A DNA stretch of 64,000 nucleotides from assembly GCF_009914755.1 (NCBI RefSeq), contig NC_060927.1; one strand, written 5' to 3'. Shown piece by piece: positions 1 through 11,625 of this stretch. The notes under the pieces are model-generated. The model was not told where the DNA came from. It saw only the letters and a program-made list of their open reading frames with translations, and did not search any database. This DNA is from the human T2T-CHM13v2.0 reference genome, Homo sapiens. Within the stretch, counting starts at the first letter, position 1. Each line of letters starts with the position of its first letter. A program made the position numbers and the translations under genes.

Positions 1-3000
1 AACTGAAAAATCACAGGTCATTCCATGAATCAGTGAGATCACAGCTTGAATGATAAAAGAATCAACTGACACCACTACTGAAATGGATTAGATACTAGAA
101 CTGTCTGATAAAGATGTCAAAGCAACTTTAACATTATCATCAATTCCCTTGCAACAAATGAAAAATAGAAAACCCATCAAAAAACGTAAATTAAAGAAAA
201 GAACCAGGCAAGAAATATGTGACTGAAAAATACAATAACAATTTTTTTAAAGTTGCTATATACACTCAATTGTAGAGAAGACAAAAGATAGAATCAATGT
301 ACTTGAGAAAAAAAATTTACTCAATTTGAACAAACAAAAAGAAAATAAGGTAAAAAGAAAATGAACAGAATATCAGGACCTGTGAGACAAAAACAAAGGC
401 AAAAATCTAGTATTTATATCATTTGAGTCTCAGAAGTAGAAGAGAAAATGTGGGACTAATAGACTACACAAAAAATATTAGCTGCAATCTCTATAAATTG
501 CGTGAAAGGCAATCCTGCAAATTCAAGAAGCTGAGTGAAATCTGAGTAGGATAAACACAAATAAATCCCTTCCAAGACATATTATAATTAAACTTTTGAA
601 AAGTAAAATAAAAGGAAAAGTCTTAAAAGCTACCAGATAGAAATAATGTATAACCTTTAGAAGAACACTGACTCCAATGACAGTGTATTTCTCATCTGAA
701 ACCTTGGAGGCCAGAGAAATTGGCATAATGTTTTTCAAGGGGTGAAAGGAAAAAAATGTCAACCACAAATTCTATATCTAAAAAATCTTTCCTTTAGCCA
801 TATAAAGGAAATAAAGACATTCTCAGACAAATAAGAGCCGAGAGAATTTGTCACTAGCAGACCTACCTTTAAAGAATGGCTATAGGAAGCTCTTTAAACA
901 GAAAAGAAGTGATAACAGAAGAATGCTTGGAACTACAGAATGAAAAGAAGAATAACAGAATAAGTAACAATAGGGATAAATATATTATACTCTCCTTTCT
1001 CTCATGAGTTTCTAAAATAATAATTGATGGTTCAAGCAAAAATTAAAATACAATATGTTATACTGTATAAATATGTGGTATGCAAGCCTGTTAACAGAAA
1101 TATTGGAAAAAAATATATTTTGGTGGTGGAGGCTAAAGGAACCTAAGTGGAAGTAAAATTTTAATAGTGACTCAATAAAACATTAATGCAAGTAGGCTGT
1201 ATTAAGTTATACATTTTATACTACATAGGGCAACCACTATGAAAAATTTGCAAAATGATATACTAAAAACAAGGTAAAAAAATGAAATCCTACCAAAAGA
1301 AATGAATAACCCACATGTATATAAAAAAAGAGAAACAGAAACAGGAAACAGAGAAAATAAGTGAAAATAAATAAAACAGCAGCCTTAAACCCTAACATTT
1401 CAATCATTACTTTAAATATGAATTACTTATACACCAGTTAAAAAAGATTGGCACAAGGGATTAAAAAAAAAATGATCCAACTTTATACTGCCTACAAGAA
1501 ACTCACTTTGAACATAAGGACATAGGTAGTATAAAATGAGAAGGATGCAAAATGCTATATTATGTTAACATTAATCAAAAACAAGCAGAAATATTTATAA
1601 AAAATCAATGAAATTAAAAGCTAGTTATTTTAAAAATTAGAAAAATTGATAAACCTCTATCATGACTGACAAGACAAAAAGAGAGCACACACAAATCATG
1701 CATAATGAATGAAACAGGATCTATTACTATAGATCCTGTACCCATAAAAGGATAATAGTGGAAAACAGCAAACAACTTTACATTCCAAAGTTAAAAGAAA
1801 TAAAAGAAATAGACCGATTGCCTGAAAAACCACAGACTGTACTTTCTGAGGGTAAAATTACTGACCTGAATCATCTTATAACCATGCATTTAATTTTATA
1901 ATGTAAAAGTTCCCTCCAAATAAATCTTGAGGCCTAGATGGCTTCCCTGGAGAAGTTTACGAAGCTCTGAAGAGGAATTAACACCAATTTTATAAAATAT
2001 GCTACAGAAAACAGGAGTGAACACTTTCTAATTCATTTTATGAGACTATTGTTACCTTGATATCAAAACAAAGATAATACAGAGAAAGAAATCTGCAGAC
2101 CAATAACTTTCAGTAAATTAGATCCACAAGTTTCAACAAAATGCTAGCAAAACAATTTTAGCATATAAAAAAGATTATATCTCATGACCAAGTGAGAATT
2201 ATCCCCAAAATACAAGGTTTGTGGAACATTTAAAAGCCAATTAATGTACCACATCAATACTACAAAAGGCAAAAAAACCACATGATCATCCCAAAAGATG
2301 CAGAAAAGTCATTTGACACACTCAACATTGTTTTCTTGATAAAATTACTCCAAAAACTAGCATTAGAAGAAAACTTGCTTAGCCTGATAAAGGGCATATA
2401 TGACAAACCCACAGCGAACATGAGACTTAATGGTAAATATGTTGATTAATTTTGTGTCAATTTGACTAGGCCACAGGATGCCAGGTATTTGGTTAAACAT
2501 TAATTCTGGGTATGTCTGTGAGAGTGATTATGGAAGATATTAGCATTTGAATTTGTAAACTGAGCAAAGCAGATAGACCTCCTCAGTGTGGATGTAGATC
2601 ATCCAACTTACTGAGGATCCAAATAGAACAGAAAGGTAGAGAAAGATTGGGTTCACTCTCCCTCTGCCTGTTTGAGCTGGGACACTGATCTTCTCCTGCC
2701 TTTGGTGCTCCTGCTTCTCAGATTTTTAGACTCAGGCTGGAATCTATACTGTTAGTTCTCCGGCTCTCAGGCCTTCAAGCTACAACACAGGCTCTTGTGG
2801 GTCTCCGATCTGCAGACAACAAATTATAGGACTTCTCGCCTCCATAATTACATGAGCCAATTCCTTATAATAAATCTCATTATATATTATGTATTATAAA
2901 AATACATAATATATAATATATAAATTATTAAATATTGAAATATAAATAATATATAAATTATTAAATATAGAAATATAAATTATTTGCCTGATATAAAATA

Positions 3001-3710
3001 ATATATAAATATTCAATATGATAAATATAATATATAAATATATGGTAATATATATTTATACCCAGAGGATATATATGTATATATATTCCATTGGTTCTGT
3101 TTCTCTTTAGAACCCCTACTAATATAGTATAAGATTTAAAACATTGAATGCATTTTCTTTATGATCAGAACAAGGCAAGAATGTCTTCTTTCAATCCTTT
3201 TATTAAAAATAGTATTGAAGTCCTAGCCACTGAAACAAGGCAATGACAAATAAAGGCATTCAGATTAGAAAGAAATAAAACTGTTCCTATTTGCTGATTC
3301 CATTTATATCACAGTTTTGAAATTACAAAATTACAGCAATGGAGAATTGACAGTGGTTGCCAAGGGTTAAGGGAGGGGGTGGATGGGGGCAGGATGTTTG
3401 GTTTTGAAAGAGTAACAGGAGGAATCCTTGTGGCAGTGGAACAATTCTGTATTTTGATGTGGTCGTGGATGCATGGACTCACACGTGATAAAATTGCTCA
3501 CAGAATGAAAAAGCTAAACAAATACAAGTAAAATTGGAGAAATCAAAGAAAAAATGGTAGATTATACAAATGTTGATATTCTGGTTGTAATATTGTACTA
3601 TAATTTTGCAAGCTGCTATTAGTGAGGGAAACTGAGTAAGAGGTGCACAGAATCTGTCTGTATAATTATAACTGCATGTGAATTTACAATAATATCCAGA
3701 AGGTTTTAAA
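1..3710 (+). mobile_element. Old L1M (L1MC/L1MD-like) LINE remnant with ORF1 end, ORF2 fragments and 3' UTR, internally deleted and interrupted by an MLT2 LTR
   Basis: ORF1-like 'aaatgaacagaatatcaggacctgtgagac'; EN-like 'tgcctacaagaaactcacttt'; RT-like 'gatgcagaaaagtcatttgaca' (DAEKSFD); L1MC/MD-type 3' end 'actgcatgtgaatttacaat' near 3680. Confidence 0.85.
2438..3126 (+). mobile_element. MLT2 (ERVL) solo LTR inserted in L1 ORF2, with an internal AT-rich expansion at ~2880-3085
   Basis: Start 'tatgttgattaattttgtgtcaatttgactaggccacagg', end 'ttggttctgtttctct..aacccctactaatata'; TSD gtaaa/gtata; L1 sequence resumes in register afterwards. Confidence 0.9.
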
Positions 3711-5764
3711 AAGCACATTTAATGCCATAATTATTTGTTTTTTATAACCCAAAAATTGCCAACTCTGGGGACATATTATGGCAATTATTTGAAATGGTTT
3801 GAAATACTTCCATACCTCACTCACATTTACAGGATCATATATAATAATAGTGGAATCATTATGAATGCACATAATCAAAGAGAACCACAATTTGACAGTG
3901 CTGATAAGAATGAAATAAACTTGAGGCAGAATAGTATGGTTGAGAAAATAATCTATGCCACTCTCTGTAATAAAGTGTTCAAAATCAGGTGTGTAACCAG
4001 CAACTTTTGAGAGTAAAAGGGAGTTGACGAAAGATATTAGAACTGATGAAATTACTATCAGCTCTCCAAAAGTAAAGACTATTTTATTATTTACAAACAA
4101 AACACTGATATCTCTCCTTCTCCACTTCCAATCCACAAAGGAATTAAGGTGGCTCCAAAACCAAAGTTGCTTTTGTGATTACTAGTGTTCACTTAAAAAA
4201 TATTGGTCATTTTTCTTTAAAATTAATAGACATCTTCCAGAGGAAGTCAAGAATATTTATGTGATTGCAGTCAACTTTTACAGATCTGAAAACCATTGCT
4301 CAAACAGATTCTCATATAAAACCTGAGATTGATAAGGGCACTGAGTCTGGTTTCATCATCAAGTGGTGATTTTAAGGTACTCCAAGCCAAGATTTCATGT
4401 GCAGTCACAGGCAAGTCAAAATGTCTGCTGTAAAATGATGTCTGGTTTCAATTAAGCTCATGATGAGACATTTACATATAATTGTTTACATGATTTCATG
4501 TCAATGTCTTTACATCATATCCTGTAGATAAGAACTGGAATTTACAGTGAGCTTGAACTTATTCTTGTAACTATTTCACAACGGAAAGCTAAAGTTCATT
4601 TGTAATTGTTTTCTGTATTTTAAAAGACATTCTTTTTTAGCTTTAATTATTTATAGATAAAATGTTTTATATGTCTATCTTTAACAAAGAAAATGTCATT
4701 ATGTATTATTTTCTTATGAAATCCCTAAGTAATTTTCCATCCAATAGGTCAGAGATTCTTTATTAAAAAAAAAAAAAACTATTCTTTTCACCTTTCACAT
4801 GTACATTTCCAAATAATCAATTTTTACCTGAATTTAATTGAATAAGAACTAAATATGTAATCTTTTATTTTAAAATATCTTTTCTATATTCTGGATATGT
4901 CACAGGAACTTTTTTTTGAAATCTGAAATCATGCAAATGCCTTTCGTTAAAATACCAGAGATTTGCATTGTTAGGAATTTATAGCATAAAAAGACCCAAA
5001 TGCTATTAAGGTTTTTAAGCTGTCAACTGAATTCTGCACACTACATTTATTCTGTTTCCATTTGCTACCAAGGAAAAGTGCAAAGTCAAACATGTTCTTA
5101 CAAAAAGCACTATAAGCTGCATGTAAATGAGACCACTTTTCCTGAGGATCTATCTTCAATTTGATAGTGCATTTAAGTGCTTGCTTTCACTTAGAATAGA
5201 CTGAAATATACAAATAGAAATTGAGAGCAGTGAAAATGACATGTATCCAAGATTTTACCCAAGAATAAAAGAATCAAAACAGATTATGCTGTCTCTTTAA
5301 AAGACCTATTTGATTAATTAAACGATTACTTTCTATAAAAAAAATACAGATGTTAAATGTAAAAACAAATGTTTCAGGCAATAGTGACCAAAAGGAAATA
5401 CTAATCTGGCAACTTTATTGAAAAATATTGCTGTGATACAGTGTCTTTCTTTTCTTATTTTTTCTTTCTTGGTCTAAATACCATTTTGCAAACTGCAGAT
5501 GGTTTGGATTTATAGCTATAGCTATTTACTATACATGTGCCATTTTCCAACTGGTAGGAGATTTGCAGATGTGTAAGCCTGTTAATCCAGACCAAAACAC
5601 TCTAACCATTTTTTCTTTTTCAATTCATGATTTATAGACATATCTTAAGATTACAATATTAGTTTTTATGGCCTATTTTATGAAAATTATTCATACTGTA
5701 GTTATTTTTACAGTGGTTTTCCAATTGAAACCCATTTTGGATGGGTGTGACTTTGACAGGCATA

Positions 5765-5990
5765 GTTGCATAGTGGTGAAAATTATGGTTTGTGTTGTCA
5801 GACACACCTAGGTCTAGATTCTGTCTTCTTCTAATTAACCGTACCACAGAGGGTAAGTCACTAAATCACTCAGAGCTTGTTTCTCTGCTTTTGTATAATA
5901 GATATAATAATGCCTAACTCATCAGTGAAATAATACCTATAAATTTCTAAAATAGTCCTAGAATTTAGAAAAGACAGTAAATGTTAGCTC
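5765..5990 (+). mobile_element. MIR SINE
   Basis: MIR core 'gtcagacacacctagg..ggtaagtcactaaatcactcagagcttgtttc..taataatgcctaactca'. Confidence 0.7.
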
Positions 5991-6128
5991 TTACGATTTT
6001 AACTTGTTTCAACTGAATGTGACATTTTAATTAATCTCTGGAAAGGCATCTCTGCCCATAATAAAAACAATTTTTATTTTTTAGAGGTGATATAAAATGG
6101 AGATCAACCTAGTTTTCATGTCAGATTG

Positions 6129-8027
6129 TATATTGCATGTAAAAATTCATTTCTATTCTTTCTGTAGGAGAATACCTCCTCAGGCCCTTGAATTTGGATT
6201 TACCACTTTATATTCTTAGGCCAATGTATGTGAGCAGAGATAATTTAAGCTGCTTTCCAGCAGAAGCTTAAATATCAAAGTTACTACTTTGCTTCCAAAA
6301 AGAGAGCTGGTATGCTCTGCATACAGGGGACTCTACATCCCAGGTCCTGGATCTGAGCTGAACAGAGATAACAACAACCAAAGTAAAGCAGTCAGGATAA
6401 TTAATGTGAATGAAAAAAAAAAATGTTTGAGTGATAAGCCAGTGAGATTTTGGGATTTTTTATTACCTCTGGAAAATTGACAAATACAAAAATCGATACC
6501 TAAAAATAGGGCACTACCATAACAAAAACTCTAAAATATGTGACCTGGGCTTTGGGCCCAGGGCCCGTACTGGGAAAACTGAGATGGCAGTCTGGAAAAA
6601 TGATAACTCGTAACAGGCAATGGCAAGTCATAATATGAAATAGAGAAACAACTTGAGTGGTAAATGATGTATGTAATAAATGTGCGGCTTTAGGGAAGGG
6701 ATTTGCAAAATTCAATGTTGTTAATGTGCCTTGGTTGCCATTTGCTGCATTACACAAAGCATGGCAAGACAGAGGTGTTTTCAGAAAGAATCCATCATTT
6801 TTCCTGAAGGAGTAAAAGGAAGAGAAACGAATCGAGGTATTTCAAGATTTGCATTGTTGAAAGATGCAAATATTCCTCTCTGAGCAATTAAGGCTGGTTT
6901 ATGTTCAGTCTTTGAGCAAAGACCAAATCAAGGGTGAAATCTGCACAGCCTTTGTTAAAGCCTCTGATTGAATTAAGGCGGTCCCCAGGAAATCCTTTTA
7001 GTTGGAATAGTTGAGCAAAAAAAGACAAAGAATGTGGTCACCCAGAAGCATGAAATATTCAAAATACCTATAATACCCATAATTACCTTTAGAAAGAGGT
7101 AGTCCCAAAGAAGCTATAAATTGGCTATTGGGATGCCAATCTGACTGGAATCAAATAGTAAAATAAACCACAACAATGAAAGACTGTTTGAGATATAAAA
7201 TGACCTTTAGTATTCAGATTTCTTCAGACAAGAGGTAGCATTAGACAACTGCTAAATCTATAAAGACCTTATGATGCAGCCAAGGAAAATAATATTAAAA
7301 ACTCCTATAGGGTAAAACCAAGGAATATGGAGATCCACAGTCAAGAAAACCAGAGTTTCTTTAGAAATATCGTATACTCCCAAGGTAAGGGACACATACA
7401 AGTTTTCCCAGAGGGATATTCTGAATGGCTATGAATCAGTGACTGCTACGTACTTTCCATTCTTTCTCTATAAAAGGGAGGACTTTATGCTGTTACCCTC
7501 TCTCTGTTCTATCGTTAAATGTGAGGGCTGGAATGGGTCCTTTTGGGTCATGGACTCCTAGATTCTGATACCTGATATAGAGGGTGTCTTTCATAAAATC
7601 CCAGAAGGAGAGCTTGATGTGACTGAATGTGGCTTTGGAAATTCCTCTTTGGGGAGGGTGTGGGTGTATTTTAAATGCAGAAAGGAGGAAAGTAAATAGT
7701 TGTGACTAAACAGGCTGATTACAGTAGATTTCAAATATCCAGTCCCTTCTTCCCTGTGGGAGGATAATATCCTGACCCTACTGACTAGAATTTGGACATG
7801 CCATGAGCTTCAGCCAATGAAATGTGAGCAGATGTGATGTTTGCCACATAAAAATTTAAAGAATGAGGTCAGGTTTTAGAAGGAGAAAATATGTGTGATG
7901 GAATTTTAGGCCTTCTGTAGCCTGGAGCAGAGGCTTAGCCTTTACATAACATGAGTGCAAAGCAGAATTGGCTCTTAAAAACCACTGAGATTTTTGGATT
8001 GTTTGCTACCACAGTAAAGCTGATATA
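6129..8027 (+). mobile_element. Complete old MaLR element (MLT1H/I/J-type): 5' LTR ~6129-6488, internal region, 3' LTR ~7720-8027
   Basis: Both LTRs carry 'gccaatg..atgtgagcaga' and 'cca(g/c)tgagattt..gg'; the internal region starts with a MaLR-type 'aaaatcgatacc..ggggcactaccataac'; identical 5-bp flanks GATTG at 6124-6128 and 8028-8032. Confidence 0.75.
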
Positions 8028-8270
8028 GATTGTCTTGAAACTCTCATATTAAATTTGGAATTTTGCTGTTCCTCTACCAGACCAAGGAAACAATTAAGTA
8101 TTTTTCCCCCAAAACTATGTATAATCTGTCTTTCAAAGAATCATTATGCATCAATCAATAGAGGGAAATGGAGAAAAACTGCAAGCTTCAATGTTGATCT
8201 ATGCTTCTAGCCATAAAAGTTTCTGAAATTTCAGAGCCTAGTTTCAAAGACTTTGAGTACCTATTATGAG

Positions 8271-8730
8271 TGCGGAAATTGTCAACATAAAAATGGAGTC
8301 ACTTATGTTAAAAACAAAACAAAACAAAAACCCTGACACATAGGACCAGGGAAGTCTAAGAAGTGAGGCTTCTTATGCTTGTATTCCTGATAACAAAAAC
8401 TATCACAAAAGACTGCAAAAACCACAAACCTAGCACAAAGGCCATCGCAACTTTACACAAAAAATAATTCTGCCAAGAGATCTGCGGAGCAACTGCCTGT
8501 CCAGCCTCAGACTGACATTACTCTTGTTTTTGATGTTTGCTGTCAAGGGTAATCATTTCAAAGCAATTATGTAATCCTCCTCATTTCTCTTTTAAAATCC
8601 TTTGTCTTCCTTTACCTCCCTGAATACACACATACTTTACTATGACATGCATATTCCTATCTCCATACCTTATTCTCTAATAAGTATTATTTTCTAGAGA
8701 GCATTTCTCTGTTTGTTATTTAGGATAACA
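8271..8730 (+). mobile_element. ERV solo LTR (LTR47/MER72-like) inserted into a MIR
   Basis: TG..CA termini; 'aaaatggagtcacttatg'; 'acaaaggccatcgcaac'; end 'ctctgtttgttatttaggataaca'; flanks tgag/tggg. Confidence 0.75.
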
Positions 8731-8937
8731 TGGGCCTGGTATTATACAAATACATTTGGTGCTTCATATACAATTTTTAAAAATCTTTACAATAGGATAT
8801 AAAGATTATTACTGCATGAAAAAGCAAATACTCAGACCAGTAAGCGATTTCCTAAAACCACAAATTCAGTAATAGGGAGAGGCTGAAGTCCATTCTAGCT
8901 GTGTCTCATCCCTGTATAGCCAATGTTCTTTCCACTA
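8731..8937 (-). mobile_element. MIR, split by the LTR above (small piece at ~8252-8270)
   Basis: 'gagtacctattatg' before the LTR and 'aatactcagaccagtaagcgatttcctaaaaccaca..gttctttccacta' after it. Confidence 0.6.
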
Positions 8938-9165
8938 ATCTAAAATGATTCAATGCCAGGTTTTCACATGTGTCAGCATACTTCGACAAAAATCATGGAA
9001 ACCATCACTTTAAAGCTCCTATTTTGACTTATTTATTTAAATCTTGCAAAATTGGACAAGGATTAAAGCTGGATCAGTTGATGTAATCTTTCCTCTTTCC
9101 ATTATTGGATGAGCCCAATTAAAGCTACGTAAAGTGGAATGGGTTAGTGATAAAATGGCTCTTGA

Positions 9166-9169
<4 letters not shown>

Positions 9170-9202
<33 letters not shown>
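9170..9202. repeat. Pure (A)33 mononucleotide run
   Basis: Counted directly; uninterrupted. Confidence 0.95.
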
Positions 9203-9206
<4 letters not shown>

Positions 9207-9339
9207 CAAAAACGAACTCCTAAAAACAATATTTCACCTTGAAAAATACTCTGAAATGTATGGCTAGTACATGACTAATAGATTCACATAAAATTTCCAT
9301 CCCTGATAAAAATTCCCTCAGAGGCTTTCCATTACACAT

Positions 9340-10030
9340 ATAATGAAATTGAAACTCTTCATATGACCTAAGGTCTGACATCATTATCTTGCCCTTCTCT
9401 CTCTCTCCAACTTCAATTTTTTCCTTTCTCTTAGATTCTTTCTAGGCTAGACAAACTGACTTTTTTCTTTTGTTTTTCTTTCTTTTCCTGTTTCTTGTTT
9501 TTTTGTTGTTTTTTGTTTTGTTTTGTTTTGTTTTGTTTTGAGACAGTGTTTCACTTTGTTTCCCAGCTTAGAGTATAATGGTGTAATCACAGCTCACTGC
9601 AGGCTCAACCTCCTGGGCTCAAGTGATCCTCCCATCTCAGCCTCCCAAATTGTTGGCATTAAAGGCATGAGTCACTGCACTTGTCCTTCTTTTGTTTTTC
9701 CAGCATATAGAATTCATTGTCACCTCAGGACAGTTGTACTTCTTGGTATATTGCTTTCTCTTCAAAATTTCACATTGCTCATTCCATGCCAACACTAAGG
9801 TTTTCATTCAACTGTCACCTTCTTAGAAAAGACTTTTCCAACAGCTTCTCCTGTCATGTTTTATAATATTATTCTTTATTATCTTCTACATGGTACACAG
9901 CTATGTATCTATATGTTTATTATTTTTCTTCCTTCAAGTAAATGTAAGCCTTACAAGTCATTATCTGATGACTTTTGTATCTATAATGCCTAATAATAGT
10001 GCCTAGCATATGACAGACACTCAAATATTT
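9340..10030 (+). mobile_element. L2 3' fragment interrupted by an Alu monomer
   Basis: 'tgtcaccttcttagaaaagacttttc', 'aatgtaagcctta', and L2 tail 'atagtgcctagcatatgacagacactcaaatattt'. Confidence 0.65.
9479..9686 (-). mobile_element. Alu monomer (FRAM-like or AluJ arm recombinant) with (TTTTG)n tail
   Basis: Alu monomer sequence; 14-bp TSD ttcttttgtttttc at 9465-9478 and 9687-9700. Confidence 0.9.
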
Positions 10031-11498
10031 TACAACTAAAATTCCTCTATTGTAAATGCATTCTGTATTAATTTACAAGTGCCATAAGTGAAAGTAACTA
10101 GTAAATTACTAGTAAAGTAGCTAGTAATTATTGATTTCTTAATTATTCTCTTATTATTTTTATTAACAAATTTGGATTTTAGGAAATGACATGGTATTGG
10201 CATTAAAACTGACATAGTATTGGTAGCACTGTTGGCTAAGAATAGAAATAGAATTGCCAAATAATAGATAAACTGCTGTGCATGTTAATTTATTTGCTAA
10301 AGATATATATTTAAAAACTAGTAATTCTATTGTTTCATTAGTATTCACAAAGTATTTCAAGAGATGAAAATATACTGGCAATTTTTTGTTTCATTTAATC
10401 CATAAAAATAGGGCATATATTAGCATGCCATATTAATCTTTTAATGGAAAATAAAGATGAATATGTATCTTCAACAAAAGCTATTCAGATACCTCATCAA
10501 AAGAAAAAAGTCAGGGGTAGAACAGGTAACTAGAAACTATATCTTATATAATTTCCCTGAAACTACAAATTACATATGTTAAAGAAATAATGATGAAAAT
10601 ATTTTTAATATAAGATTTTATATAACAACATTTTAAAGTACCATAATACTAGAATTCTGTTGGGGTTAATTTGTTGATCTCTATGCCTAAGCAAAAATTA
10701 ATTTTTTTATTTTTTATTGATACAAAATATTTCATTTATTTACAGGGTACATGTGAGTATTTATTACACACATAGCATGTACAGTGATCAAATTAGGGTC
10801 ATCCTTTAGTAGTTATCATTTCTCTGTGTTGGTAACATTACAAATCTTCTCTCCTAGCTGCTTCAAATCATATAATATATTGTTGCTAACTATAGCTGCC
10901 GTTCTCTGATATGGGATATTGGAGCTTTTTTTTCTATCTAACTGTAAGTTTGTACCCAATAACCAACATCACTTTGCCTGCCCACCCACCCCACTCCCCA
11001 CCTAGCACCCTTCTCAGCCTCAGGTTTCTGTCATACTATTCTCCATCTGCATGAGATCAATGGTTTTAGCTCCTGCATATGACCGAGAAAATGTATTTGT
11101 CATTCTGTACCTGGACTATTTCACTCACCATAATGACTTCCAGTTCCATCCATGTTGCTTAAAATGATAGGATTTTGTTATTTTTATGGCCAAATACTAT
11201 TCTATTATGTGTATATCACATTTTCTTTATCCATTCATCCATCAATGGACACTTAGGTTGATTCCAAATCTTGGCTACTGTGAATAGTACTGTGTTGAAC
11301 ATGTGAGTTCAGGTATCTCTGATATACAGATGTTTTTTCCTTTGGATAAATACCCAGCAATGGGTTTTCTGGATTGAATTGTAGCTCCATTTTTAGTTTT
11401 TTGATAAATCACCATACTATTTTCCATGGTGGCTGTACTAATGTATATTCCAGTCAACAGTGTAAAAGAGTTTCCTTTCTCCACATCTTCACCAGCAT

Positions 11499-11529
11499 CT
11501 CTTTCTTTCTTTTCTTTTCTTTTCTTTTT

Positions 11530-11588
<59 letters not shown>

Positions 11589-11625
11589 CTTTCTCTCTTT
11601 CCTTCTTTCCTTCTTTCTTTCTTTG
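11499..11625. repeat. (TTTC)n microsatellite inside the L1
   Basis: Direct observation. Confidence 0.95.

Noticed and set aside
3684-4136. 150-aa minus-strand ORF
   Set aside because: Non-ATG start, AT-rich composition, no recognisable domain; consistent with chance
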